Assembly (NCBI GenBank): GCA_965197395.1
Contig: CBDANB010000007.1
Span: forward strand, 953,355 to 1,017,354
DNA: 64,000 nucleotides
Direction of reading: 5' to 3'
From: Vicinamibacterales bacterium
Lineage (GTDB): Bacteria > Acidobacteriota > Vicinamibacteria > Vicinamibacterales > UBA8438
Part shown: positions 1 through 10,667 of the stretch, one piece after another
Numbering within the stretch: position 1 is the first letter of the stretch
Layout of the letters: each line of letters opens with the position of its first letter
Position numbers and translations under genes: made by a program
The notes under the pieces: model-generated
Database searches by the model: none
Told to the model about the DNA's origin: nothing
The model's input: only the letters and a program-made list of their open reading frames with translations

Positions 1-317
1 TCGATGACGAGCCGGTCGAGGCCGTCGAGCATGTCGGCTGTCGGTTCGCGGGTGTCGGAGTAGAGGGAGATGATCGGCACGTCGAGACGCGGGTGGCGCG
101 CGTCGGGCGTTTCGATCATGTTGTCCTGGCGGTCGGCATGAAACCCGTGCTGCGGGCCGAATAACGCAGCCAGCGTGACATCCGGCCGTTCGGCGATGCG
201 GTCGGCGATGTGGCGCAGGTTGCCGTCCACGGAGGCCGGGTTCGACAGCAGGCCGACGCGTTGGCCTCGAAGCGCGCCCGAGGCGAGCAGCCGGTCGACG
301 CCGGGGGTCACCGCCAC
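1..317 (-). CDS. DUF1343/NamZ-like exo-beta-N-acetylmuramidase, 5' part (runs off window)
   Basis: Manual translation VAVTPGVDRLL..RVGLLSNPASVD..LFGPQHGF..IISLYSDTREPTADMLDGLDRLVID matches the DUF1343 N-terminus; start overlaps the methylase stop. Confidence 0.85.
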   Translation of the reverse strand, partial: MAVTPGVDRLLASGALRGQRVGLLSNPASVDGNLRHIADRIAERPDVTLAALFGPQHGFHADRQDNMIETPDARHPRLDVPIISLYSDTREPTADMLDGLDRLVI

Positions 318-1294
318 GACGGTGTGTCCCGCTGCGCTTGTTCGGGGATGTTGGTGATGACGTACTCCATCACCGCACCGCGTCGCCGGGCGACGGAGTT
401 GATCGCTCGTCTGGCAGGGACCTTGTGCGCCGCCAGGCCTGCCCGTTCGGCCGCGGCGTTGCCGTCGTAGAGCGCGGCGACGTCCGGCGCCGTCGAGTTG
501 CTCAAGAGCACCCAGCACCCCCGGTCGGCGAGACGCACGACTGTCTGTTGGAGTCGCACTTGGTCGTCCCGGGAGAAACCCTGAGGCGTGTAGGACGTAA
601 ACCGCGCGGTGGCGCTGAGGGGCGCGTACGGTGGGTCGAAATAGATGAAGTCGCCCGGGTCGGCGGAATCGAGCGTCTCTCCGTACGGTGCAGAGCGGAC
701 CGACACGCCCGGACGGGAGAGCACCCGTGCCACCTTGCGCAGGTTGTCCGGGTCGCAGATCTTCGGATTCTTATATCGGCCGAGGGGGACGTTGAACATC
801 CCCTTGGCGTTCAGGCGGAAAAGGCCGTTGAAGCCGGTGCGGTTGAGATAGATGAGCATCGCCGCCAGGTCCGCGGGGTACGCGCGGGCCCCGTCCCCAC
901 CGCCATTGAGAAGCTGCTGTCTCGCCGGGTTGAACGTGCGGTCGCGCGTCCGGTAGTAGTGCGCGTGCGGATCGCGGGTGTGGGCGGCCGCCAGGCGCCT
1001 GAGTCGCGCGATGACCGTCTCGGTCTCGTCTCGGACACGACTGTAACAGCCGATGAGGTCGACGTTGCTGTCGGTCAGCCTCGCATGATGTCCGTCCAGG
1101 TGACCCGAGGCGACCAAGTCGAAGAAGACGGCGCCGCTCCCGATGAACGGCTCGTGGTAAGCGCCGAACGCCGCAGGATAGAACGCCCGCAGCCGTGGCA
1201 GCAATTGGCGCTTGCCGCCGGCCCATTTGAGGAACGGTCGGACCGGCGAGGTCGCGTCGGACGGACCCTCTGTCACGGCTGGTGGCGCAGCCAT
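308..1294 (-). CDS. Dam-family (D12 class) DNA adenine methyltransferase, orphan
   Basis: PFLKWAGGK, EPFIGSGAV, YLNRTGFNGLFR and YFDPPY motifs; likely ATG at 1294. Confidence 0.92.
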   Translation of the reverse strand: MAAPPAVTEGPSDATSPVRPFLKWAGGKRQLLPRLRAFYPAAFGAYHEPFIGSGAVFFDLVASGHLDGHHARLTDSNVDLIGCYSRVRDETETVIARLRRLAAAHTRDPHAHYYRTRDRTFNPARQQLLNGGGDGARAYPADLAAMLIYLNRTGFNGLFRLNAKGMFNVPLGRYKNPKICDPDNLRKVARVLSRPGVSVRSAPYGETLDSADPGDFIYFDPPYAPLSATARFTSYTPQGFSRDDQVRLQQTVVRLADRGCWVLLSNSTAPDVAALYDGNAAAERAGLAAHKVPARRAINSVARRRGAVMEYVITNIPEQAQRDTPSWR

Positions 1295-1311
1295 CACGGG
1301 TGAGCGCTTGG

Positions 1312-2318
1312 TTACCCCCAACGCAGGGCCCTCTCGTCCGACCCGATCTTGGTGACTGAGTACCGTCCGAGGGTGGTGCCGCTCGCGAGAGGCATCAGTC
1401 GACAGGCACGAGGCGCTTCGGCGTCGGCAGCAAGTACAGCCAGCTCGGCCAAGCTGTCCACCGGCCCGTGATAGACGGTGAACAGCGTCGCGGCCCCACC
1501 GGGAAGGACCTCGGGATCGCGGTGCGCGAAGGCGCTGCTCGACGTGGCCTCGTCGAGGCTGAGCGACGTAGCGACCTCGGGGACCCCTCCGTTCGCCGAC
1601 ACCTGGAGGAGCCCCCCCTGGAATTGCCCGATGAAGATGACGTCGTCCTCCCCCCAACTGGCTCCGGCCGCCACGGCTACTTCGCAGAGCATCATCGGCT
1701 GCCCCCCGGCGACATATACGCCGCCGTCCCCATGATCACGCCCATCTGCGTGGCGGCGGCGGTGAGAGTCGGTGACTGACTGGGATCGCTTTCGGGTGTC
1801 GTGTTCAGCGCCTTCGCCAACCCGAAGTCCAAGACCTTGACCGTCCCGTCATCCCGCACCTTGATGTTGGCGGGCTTGAGATCCCGATGGATCACCCCGG
1901 CTTCGTGCGCGGCCTCCAGCGCCTCGGTGATCTGTTTCGCGATCGGCAGCGCGTCTTCGATTGGCATCGCGCCTTGCGCGATGCGGTCGGCTAGCGTCGG
2001 GCCTTCGACCAGCTCGAGGACCAGTGCCCTGACCGCCGCCTGGCCTGAGCCCGTCCCCTCCACGGTCGAAGGCTCCGAATCCTCGATGCCGTGGATCTGG
2101 CCGATGTTGGGGTGGTTTAGCGACCCCAGGACCTGTGCTTCGCGCTGGAACCGGGCGACCCGATCAGGATCGGCGGCGAAGGCGTCGGGCAGGATCCTCA
2201 AAGCGACATCGCGGCCGAGTTGGGTGTCGGTGGCGCGATAGACCTGGCCCATCCCGCCCTCCCCGATGAGGGCGATGACTTCGTAGTGCCCGATGCGGTC
2301 GCCGATGTTGAGAGCCAT
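1312..2318 (-). pseudogene. Ser/Thr protein kinase remnant (catalytic N-part plus a C-terminal fragment)
   Basis: IGEGGMGQVY, HRDLKPAN, DFG, GTAAYMSP then abrupt stop; 1312-1695 resembles a beta-propeller fragment followed by a second kinase start (MPLASGTTLGRYSV). Confidence 0.85.
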
Positions 2319-2346
2319 CTGTCGTGGCGGCCCAAAGCTCGAGGTC

Positions 2347-2370
2347 GGCGGGGCTGATGCCCCGCCCTAC
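2347..2370 (-). repeat. GTAG-type REP-like palindrome
   Basis: Minus strand GTAG-GGCGGGGC-ATCA-GCCCCGCC. Confidence 0.5.
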
Positions 2371-2899
2371 GAACGACGCACGGCCGCTCCACCGCGCCTT
2401 CGCGCACGTACTACCGAGGCGACGTGGACCGATTATAGAGGCGTGGCGATGAGCGCACGTTGAGGGCTCGCTCGGGGGGTGGACGTGGCGCACTTTCGAT
2501 CGGTTTCCGCATTTTTTGCTTGACAGGTTTCTCGAGGGAGGTTGCCCGTGGTCGAGGTCGCCACCAGAATTACGCTTGGTGAGGGCCTGTCCGCCCATTG
2601 GTGGCGTCGAGCCGGAGGATTCGATGCCGACGGTGGATTGGACGACGCTCGGCCACCATTCGAGCTCTCAAGCGTTTGAAAAACAAGGGGTTATCATGGA
2701 TCATGATCGACGACGAACCCCTGCCACGAACTCCGTTCGGCGCTTCCATCCCTCCAGCGGCAACCCGCAGGCTACAGGAGATCGAACAGCTCGGCGACGC
2801 GATTGCCGAGCTGTCACCATCCCATCGTCGTCGACCCAGGTCCGCAGCTCCCGCCTCTCGTATCGTCGCTTCTCATCCTTGGCCTCCCCCGCGGCCGGC

Positions 2900-4162
2900 T
2901 GAGCTTGCCTGGGTTGGGTGGACACCCCACAAGGCGCGAGAATGCGCCGGGAGGTGTTCATGGCCCAACGGAGACGACGACGATTCACGGTGGAGTTCAA
3001 ACAGGAAGCGGTCCGGCTGTGCAAGCAGGGTGACCGCAGCATCGGCCAGGTGGCACGGGAGTTGGACCTGACCGAGTCGGCGTTGCGGCGATGGGTGCAG
3101 CAGTACGAGATCGACCACGGCCACAATCCGACCGGCGCGCTGACCACCGAGGAACTCGAGGAACTCCGAACGCTGCGCCGCGAAGTGCGCGTCCTGCGAG
3201 AGGAGCGAACGATCTTAAAAAAGGCGGCGGCCTTCTTCGCGAAGGAACAGGCGTGAGGTTCGCGTTTGTTCATGCGGAGAAGGCCACCCATGCGGTGCGG
3301 TCTCTCTGTCGGGTGCTCCAGGTCACCCGCAGTGGCTACTACGCATGGGCGAAGCGCCCGCCGAGCCGACGGCACCGTGAAGACGTCCAGCTGACAGCCC
3401 GGATCCGGGCGATCCATGCCGCGAGTCGGGGGACCTACGGAAGCCCGCGGATCTACGAGCAGCTCAGGCAGGACGGGTTCACCGTTGGCCGGGAGCGAGT
3501 CGCCAGACTGCTGCGGGCCATGGGCCTGATCGGCCTGCCCTGCAAGCGGTTCCGGCGTACCACGGACAGTGCCCACCAACATCCGGTTGCGCCCAACGTG
3601 CTCGCCCGTGACTTCGACGCCGCACAGCCGAACGAGCGCTGGAGCACCGACATCACCTACCTCTGGACGTGGGAGGGGTGGCTGTATCTTGCCGTCGTGC
3701 TCGACCTGTTCTCGCGGCGCGTGGTGGGGTGGGCCATCCAGCCGCACCTGCGGGCGGAGCTGGCGCTCGAGGCGTTGCACATGGCGCTGGGGAGGCGCGT
3801 CCCAGCGGCCGGCCTCGTCCATCATTCGGACCGAGGGTGCCAGTATGCCGCCGACGCGTACCAGCGCGTCCTGCACGACCACCAGATCGTCTGCTCGATG
3901 AGTCGGAAGGGCGACTGCTGGGATAACGCCGTCACCGAGAGCTTCTTCGGGACGCTCAAGACCGAGCTCATCCACCGCCAGCCGTGGTCGACGCGACGCA
4001 GGACCAAGGACGCCGTCGCGGAGTACCTCGAGGGCTTCTATAATCCCCACCGCCTGCACTCGTCCCTGGGATACGTCAGCCCCAACACCTTTGAAAGGAG
4101 GCATGCTCGACAGGTGCAGTGTGCAGCATAATCAACCTGTCCACTTTTCCCAGGCAAGATCA
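2900..4162 (+). mobile_element. IS3-family element, copy 1 (1263 bp)
   Basis: Ends TGAGCTTGCCTGGG / CCCAGGCAAGATCA; 4-bp target duplication CGGC. Confidence 0.97.
2960..4131 (+). CDS. IS3 transposase OrfAB (programmed -1 frameshift)
   Basis: OrfA HTH (FTVEFKQEAV), A6G slippery site 3217-3223, OrfB WSTDITY/HHSDRGCQY/DNAVTESF DDE. Confidence 0.95.
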
Positions 4163-5246
4163 CGGCTGTCACCGGAGGCCGGAGCGCTCGTGGTCCGCGC
4201 GCTCGAGGCGGCGAGCGAGCGGCTGCGGCAGGACGCGGCGGAGACTGATCCTCACACCGAGGAGGTGACGAGCGAGCAGCGGCGTGCCGACGCGCTCGGC
4301 CTCATAGCCGAGAGCGCCTTGGCAGCCGATCTCGACCGTGGCACCGCGGGCGATCGATATCAGGTCGTCGTCCACGTCGACGAAGGGGTGTTGGAGAACG
4401 ACGATGCGCCGGGCCAATCCGCCCTGGAGAATGGTCCGTACGTTTCCGCGGAAACGTCCCGACGGCTAGCCTGCGACGCGGCGACCGTCCGGATGCGTCA
4501 CGGTCGTGATGGCAGCACACTCGATGTCGGCCGAAAGACGCGGACGGTGCCGCCGGCCCTCCGTCGGGCCCTCACCGCTCGGGACCGCCGTTGCCGCTTC
4601 CCTGGTTGCAGCTCCAAGTACTGCGATGCACACCACATCCGCCACTGGGCGAAGGGTGGTGCGACCAGCCTCGACAACCTGGTACTGCTCTGCCGGCGCC
4701 ACCACCGCACGGTTCACGAAGCGGGGTTCACGATCACGCTGCGCGACGACGGTGACGCCCTTTTCTACCGGCCCGACGGTCGTCTACTGCCAGCGACTCC
4801 GACTGCGCCCCGTTGGGATGGCGTCGCGCTGGCACCACAGACGTCTCGGCTCGCCGCATCCGGCATCACGATCGACGGGCGCACGGCGACCCCTCATTGG
4901 CACGGGGAGCGGCTGGATCTCCCGTGGGCGATCGATGTGCTCTGGCGGCCCCCGATCGGAGGATCACCCCCTGACGGCACCTTCCCGGAAACGAAGGGCA
5001 CCACATCCCGACAGTGAGGGCATGTCGATCGACGCCCGACTTGGCGCATCTCGGTACTCCTCGACGACACCGGGCGACATCACGGTTGAGTCCGGGGATC
5101 CGTGACAGGTCGGTCCGCAGTGCGTTACGCACGCCGTCGGCGAAGTGCCGATCGTCCAGTGCGCCGCCACGGTTTCGCGAGTGACGGACCACGAGCGGGA
5201 CGGACATCCCTCGCGGCAGCGGCACTCTCCGGAAGCGCGGGCACGA

Positions 5247-5681
5247 TCACATCGGACGCGCGAGGCCGCGGGCCAGCGAGCGTGCCGCCCGATTGAGCGG
5301 GTCATCAAAACTCGAGAATCTCGTCTCAGCGGCTCCCGCGTGTCGGACGACCTCCGCGAACGATGCCAAGTGAACGCTGTCGTAGCCCCGCAACCGGTAG
5401 CGCTCCGCCAGTTGGCCCGCCTCTCGACAGAGTGATGCGGACACGCTGATGGCCAGGCACGTGTGCCAGTCCGCCTCGAACGCTCGCTTCGCGGACGTGA
5501 ACGCGGACGCGGGCAGTGCCCCCTCTCGACGCCGGCGCGCCAGCGCGGCGCGGGTTTCCGGGTAGGCAATCAGTGACGTCGCCACAATCGTCGCGTCGTT
5601 AACCAGTTGCCGCACGACGTCCGTCTCCGGCTCATCGACATAGAGCTTGACTAGGCTGCTCGTATCCAGATACAGCGTCAC
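5247..5681 (-). CDS. vapC: VapC PIN-domain toxin
   Basis: LYLDTSSLVK..YPET..LRGYDSVHLA; GTGA overlap with the antitoxin. Confidence 0.9.
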   Translation of the reverse strand: MTLYLDTSSLVKLYVDEPETDVVRQLVNDATIVATSLIAYPETRAALARRRREGALPASAFTSAKRAFEADWHTCLAISVSASLCREAGQLAERYRLRGYDSVHLASFAEVVRHAGAAETRFSSFDDPLNRAARSLARGLARPM

Positions 5682-5950
5682 CGCCGATCCTCGAGCACGG
5701 CGGTCGACACCGTCCGGTCGGGATCGACCGAAACTGGCGGATTCGATCCGGCGGGCTTGCCGCCCCCCCACTGCGCTCTGCCTTCGGCGACCATCCGGCT
5801 CGCCCAGCTGACGTCAGCGGTCGGCTCCACCGGACTAATGGTCGCAATCGAGCGTCCGCGGTCGGTGATCAAGAGGCGAGCTCCCGATCGAACCCGTCTC
5901 AGATGTCGGCTCAACTGCGCTTTGAGCTCGCGAATCCCTACGGTGTCCAT
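5678..5950 (-). CDS. Phd/YefM-family antitoxin
   Basis: VGIRELKAQLSRHLRRV..ITDRGRSIA. Confidence 0.9.
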   Translation of the reverse strand: MDTVGIRELKAQLSRHLRRVRSGARLLITDRGRSIATISPVEPTADVSWASRMVAEGRAQWGGGKPAGSNPPVSVDPDRTVSTAVLEDRR

Positions 5951-5969
5951 TCCAGCACCAGACCATACA

Positions 5970-6001
5970 TGTGACTACAAGTATACAAAAATGTGGTCAC
6001 A
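5970..6001 (-). promoter_or_regulatory. Probable TA autorepression operator overlapping a -10 box
   Basis: Inverted repeat TGTGACTACA..TGTGGTCACA flanking minus-strand TATACT (5980-5985). Confidence 0.6.
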
Positions 6002-6078
6002 CCGTCTCGGTAACCTGATGCGGTCCAAGCGTCGTGCGTTGTTAGCCGGACGAAGAGCTGCAGATCTTCGCACACCCG

Positions 6079-6540
6079 TCATCGAGATTCGTGCCCCGGT
6101 CGGCGCGGCGTCACGTTCTTCATCGGCGCCCGCCCCGGTTCCGGCGAACCGCCGAACGGCGTCACGTTGACGGTCCCAGCGCGGACCGCGCGCTCGAACT
6201 TGCGCTTCAGCCACTGTTTCAGCCAGCGGCGGCAGGCCGGTATCAGCAACAGGAAGCCGGCCGCGTCGGTGAGCACGCCTGGCGTGAGGAGCACCGCCGC
6301 CGCGATGAGAATCAGCACGCCGTCCATCAGCGACTCGGCCGGCAACCGGCCCCCGTTGAGATCCGCCCGAGCACGTCCCAGTGTGGCGAGACCCTGCTGT
6401 CGGGCCAGGGACGCGCCGACGACACCGGTCACGATAATGAGTCCGATCGTGGCCAGAGTCCCGACGCGCTGGCCGATCTCGATCAGCAGCACCAGCTCGA
6501 TGACCGGAATGGAGACGAAGAGGAGTAGAAGGCGTCCCAC
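6079..6540 (-). CDS. fxsA: FxsA family membrane protein
   Basis: PVIELVLLIEIG..ARQQG..LLTPGVLTDAAG. Confidence 0.9.
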   Translation of the reverse strand: MGRLLLLFVSIPVIELVLLIEIGQRVGTLATIGLIIVTGVVGASLARQQGLATLGRARADLNGGRLPAESLMDGVLILIAAAVLLTPGVLTDAAGFLLLIPACRRWLKQWLKRKFERAVRAGTVNVTPFGGSPEPGRAPMKNVTPRRPGHESR

Positions 6541-6555
6541 GGTGTTGCCTGCCGC

Positions 6556-7173
6556 TCACATCGGCGGTGTGCGGTCGTGCCAGGGGGTCGCCTGCTCGTA
6601 TGCGTGCGCGAGGGCGAGCACGTCGACTTCGCCGAGGGCGCGGCCACAGAGCTGCAACCCGATGGGCAGCCCTTCGCGGCTGAAGCCGCACGGGACGGTG
6701 ATCGCCGGTATGCCATACGTATTGAAGGGCGCGGTGTTGCGCACGAGGATCCCGGTTATCTCGCCCGGCGACAGCTGCGCCGCTTCGATGCTGACCGGCA
6801 GCTGCACCAGGGTCGGCGTGACCAGCACATCGACGTTTTCGAACACCGCCGCAATCGCCTTTCTCACGAGCGTGAGCTGATACAGCGCGTCGGCGTAGTC
6901 GCTTGCGGCGACCTGGGCGCCGCGCTCGATGCGCTCGAGCGTGCTCGGGTCATACAGATCCCGCTTCTCGGCGAGGAGGTCGGCGTGATACGCGTAGGCC
7001 TCGACCAGCTCCAGCGGCGAGAGTGCGCCCGTGCGAATGAGGCGCTGTGCCTCCGCGATGCTCAGGTTCGTAGGATCGGTGGGCTGTCCAAACGACGGCC
7101 GGCCCATTAAGAACGTCGCCGCGCCTGCGGCGCTCGACGTGAGGAACTCGCGCCGATCGAAGGCTCTGGGCAT
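6556..7173 (-). pseudogene. Tat-signal amidase with in-frame internal deletion
   Basis: DRREFL Tat motif; amidase N-terminal helix joined at EAY/AYH to C-terminal PAITVPCG..GLPIGLQ; GGSSGG signature absent. Confidence 0.8.
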
Positions 7174-7191
7174 GTCGGAGCCTGTGGGTTC

Positions 7192-9341
7192 TTAGGGCCG
7201 GGCGGGCAGCGCGAACACGTAGATCGCGTTCGACCGGTTACCCCCGACCGGAGCCGCGAGGTACTGCCGGCCGTCAACGGCGTAGGTGATCGGGAACCCC
7301 TGCACCGAGGCGGGCAGCCGGGTCTGGAACAGGACATCGCCGGTGGCGGCGTCGTGGGCGTAGAGATGCCGGTCGGTGTCGGCGGCGATCACGAGGCCCC
7401 CTCCTGTTGTCAGCGCCGCCGACCCGGGACGCGTGGTCATCGAATGCCGCCACATGAGCTCGCCGCTGTTGATGTCCATCGCGATGAGGTGACCGGGGTG
7501 GCCCTCACTCGCTGGGTGGACTGTGCTCCGCCGCTGGAGAAACCCGCGGTCGGCGTAGTAGTCGTTGCCTTCCTGACGCTCGAGCTCGGTGAACATCCCC
7601 GAGACGCAGGTCGGGTGGATGGGGATATAGAGCGCCTGGGTGTCGGGGTGATAGGCGCTCGCGCGCCAGTTCCGGACCCCCAGCAGATCGGGACAGAACT
7701 CGAGCTCGACGTCGGCTTGCGGGATCATCCCGGGCCGGTACGTCACCTCGCCCGCCTGCGGGTCGACGTCGATCACGTTCTGGTAGCCGAGATCGTGCGC
7801 GGCGACGAAGGCGCCGGTCGTCCGGTCGATCTCCCAGAGGATGCCCATCTTGCCCATCTTGAAGAGCGAACGCCGTCCGTCGCGGTCGATGAGGACGCTC
7901 TCGAACACCTCATCCAGGTCGTGGGTTTCGCCTGGGACGAACTGGTAGTACCACTCGAGGGCGCCGGTCTCCGGGTCGAGCGCCAGCACACTGTTCGTGT
8001 ACAACGCATCCCCGTCCGTGCCACGGGAGACGCGGGCCCACGGCTTGGCCTGTGAGGTGGACCAATAGGTCAGGCCGGTCGACGGATCGTAGCTGCCGGG
8101 AATCCACGAATCGCCGCCGGCACGATACGTCAGCGGAAGATCGCCCCACGTGTCGCCGCCCGGCTCGCCGGGGCGGGCGATGGTCGATGTGCGCCACACC
8201 TCCTCACCGGTCTCGGCATCGTGCGCGGAGATGAAACAGACGTCGTTCTTGTAGTGGTTCCTCTCAGGGATCGGTGCAGCTTTGGCCGGTTCCATGGCTA
8301 ATAAGTCAAGCATTGTCATCGACTTACGTGGCTGGAGAACACCGTCTGTATCTGGAGAGGAACTGCAGGCTCTCGGAAAGTCCGGCCCACGGTACACGGC
8401 GGAAATCGCGAGGGGCCTGCCAGTGCCAAGGGGCTGAACAGTCAGCGAGGGTTCGGCCCAGCGGTAAAACGTCGGCGAAAGTCCAGGCCGCGTTCCACGA
8501 GTGTTCATGGTTCGTCGCCCTGTAAATGCCAGCGCCTCAGCACCTTGAGGTGGGACCGGCTGCCGTCGAGCAGGCCCCCCACCAAAAGCGGGGCCCGCGC
8601 AGGCGGCCGTCGACTGAGCGATAGACGACTTCACCGCTGATTCGCGGGCACGAACACATCCGCAGCCTCTTTCCACGGCGTGGCTGACCTGCTGGGGGCT
8701 GAATCGTGCACACATTTGTGTGAGGAACCCTTGTAGTTTTGGCACCCGGTCATGCCGGCGACGATGTTTCCCTTCACGACGATCGGTCCGCTGGTATACC
8801 GGTAGCCGAGTGTGTAGTCGCCGACTGTGGCGTCCCACGCGACCTCACCCGTCCGCGCGTCGAGCGCGACGATATGGGCGTCCGACGTGTTGACGTAGAT
8901 CTTGTCGCCGAAGATCGCAATCGAGCGCGTGCGCATGCCGGCCCCGACGGCGTCGAGCGCGTCCGATGCCTCGAACTCGCGGCTGTATTCCCAGATTCGA
9001 TCCCCGGTCACCGCGTCCACGGCGTGCACGACGTTGCGGGGACTCGGAATGAACATCACGCCGTCGTGCACCAGTGGCGCGGCCTGCGAGAGCCCGAGAC
9101 CCAGCGACCAAGACCAGACGAGCTGCAGCTGGTGGACATTGGCCGTGTTGATCTCGTCCAGTGGACTGTAGCCCCAGCCGTCGAGTGTGCGCCGCCAGCT
9201 GAGCCAGTCGGCCGGGTCGGGGTTCTCGAGCATCGCGTCGGTAACTGGAACATAGCCCTGGTCTTGAGCGCTCGACGTCGCGCCCGCCGCGCCCACGAGC
9301 AGCACCGAGACGGCTGCGAGTCGAGTCCAGTTCATCGTCAT
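7192..9341 (-). pseudogene. PQQ-dependent dehydrogenase interrupted by MITE-A
   Basis: WLSWRRT..YSPLDEIN and Trp-docking repeats; removing 8256-8737 restores GCQNYK-NDVCFIS. Confidence 0.9.
8256..8729 (+). mobile_element. MITE-A copy 1 (474 bp, non-autonomous)
   Basis: Ends GGTTCCTCTCA / TGTGAGGAACC; 8-bp duplication CTTGTAGT; apparently identical copy at 39926. Confidence 0.93.
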
Positions 9342-9500
9342 GTCTTCGCCCTCAGCATTGGGGATAGGCAGCCCGATTATGCCACCGGCCAGGGCGAATC
9401 GTCTCGGTCTCGGCCTGGGACCGGCCAGGCGGTTGCGAGGTATCGGTCGCAGAAGACAAAATGTGCGCAGCAATCCGGGCTGCGAGCCCGAAGGAGGACC

Positions 9501-10667
9501 GTGACGACCGCATCGAACGTCGAGCTGCACCAAGATCTCCGTAACGCCGTCGGCGAGCTGTGCCGGCGTTTCCCCGATACCTACTGGCGCGATCTGGACC
9601 GGGCCGAGGCCTACCCGGAGGACTTCGTCAAAACGCTGACCGACGCGGGCTATCTCGCGGCGCTGATTCCCGAGGCGTATGGCGGGTCGGGGCTGGGCGT
9701 GATGGAGGCGTCCATCATCCTCGAGGAGGTGAACCGGTCCGGTGGCAACGCCGCCGCCTGTCACGCGCAGATGTACATCATGGGGACGCTGCTGCGGCAC
9801 GGCTCGGATGCGCAGAAACGCAAGTATCTCCCGAAGATCGCGAGCGGCGAGCTGCGCCTCCAGGCGTTTGGCGTGACCGAGCCGACGACCGGTACCGACA
9901 CGACGCAGTTGAAGACGATGGCGGTGCGCGACGGCGACCGCTACATCGTCAACGGACAGAAGACCTGGATCTCGCGTGCGGAGTACTCGGACCTGATGCT
10001 GCTCATCGCCCGCACCACGCCGCTCGACGCGGTCAAGAAGAAGACCGAGGGGCTGTCGGTGTTCCTCGTCGACCTGCGAACCGCGGTTGGCAACGGCGTC
10101 ACCATTCGGCCGCTCCGCACGATGATGAACCACGCGACGACCGAGGTCTTCTTCGACGACCTCGAGGTGCCGGTCGAGAACCGCGTGGGTGAGGAGGGGC
10201 GCGGCTTCCGCTATCTGATTGACGGCCTGAACGCCGAGCGCATTCTGATCGCCGCCGAGTGCGTCGGCGATGGGCGCTGGTTCATCGAGCGGGCCGTGAA
10301 GTACGCGAACGACCGGGTCGTCTTCAATCGACCCATCGGCCAGAACCAGGGCATCCAGTTTCCCATCGCCCGCGCGCATGTCAACATCGAGGCGGCCGAC
10401 CTCATGCGTGTGCGCGCCGCCGAGCTGTTCGACGCCGGACAGCCGTGCGGCGCCGAGGCGAACATGGCCAAGCTCTTGGCGGCCGACGCCTCGTGGGAGG
10501 TGGCGAACGTGGCGGTGCAGACGTATGGTGGCTTCGGGTTCGCCGAGGACTACGACATCGAGCGGAAGTTCCGCGAGACCCGTCTCTATCAGGTGGCGCC
10601 GATCTCCACGAACCTCATCCTGTCGTATCTCGCCGAGCACGTGCTCGGCCTCCCCCGGTCCTTCTAG
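9501..10667 (+). CDS. Acyl-CoA dehydrogenase
   Basis: FGVTEPTTGTD, NGQKTWIS, QTYGGFGF; SD AAGGAGG before GTG. Confidence 0.92.
   Translation: MTTASNVELHQDLRNAVGELCRRFPDTYWRDLDRAEAYPEDFVKTLTDAGYLAALIPEAYGGSGLGVMEASIILEEVNRSGGNAAACHAQMYIMGTLLRHGSDAQKRKYLPKIASGELRLQAFGVTEPTTGTDTTQLKTMAVRDGDRYIVNGQKTWISRAEYSDLMLLIARTTPLDAVKKKTEGLSVFLVDLRTAVGNGVTIRPLRTMMNHATTEVFFDDLEVPVENRVGEEGRGFRYLIDGLNAERILIAAECVGDGRWFIERAVKYANDRVVFNRPIGQNQGIQFPIARAHVNIEAADLMRVRAAELFDAGQPCGAEANMAKLLAADASWEVANVAVQTYGGFGFAEDYDIERKFRETRLYQVAPISTNLILSYLAEHVLGLPRSF

Larger units (their letters stand above)
2703..5017 (+). pseudogene. DUF222/HNH endonuclease, disrupted by IS3, a deletion and a short inversion
   Basis: C-part RDRRCRFPGC..DAHHIRHWAKGG..NLVLLCRRHHR; N-part EIEQLGDAIAELS; IS3 at 2900-4162. 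Confidence 0.85.

Noticed and set aside
8256-8729. Self-splicing intron or in-frame insertion explaining MITE-A in genes
   Set aside because: Terminal inverted repeats and 8-bp duplications indicate DDE transposition; net 482 bp shifts the frame; no intron motifs seen
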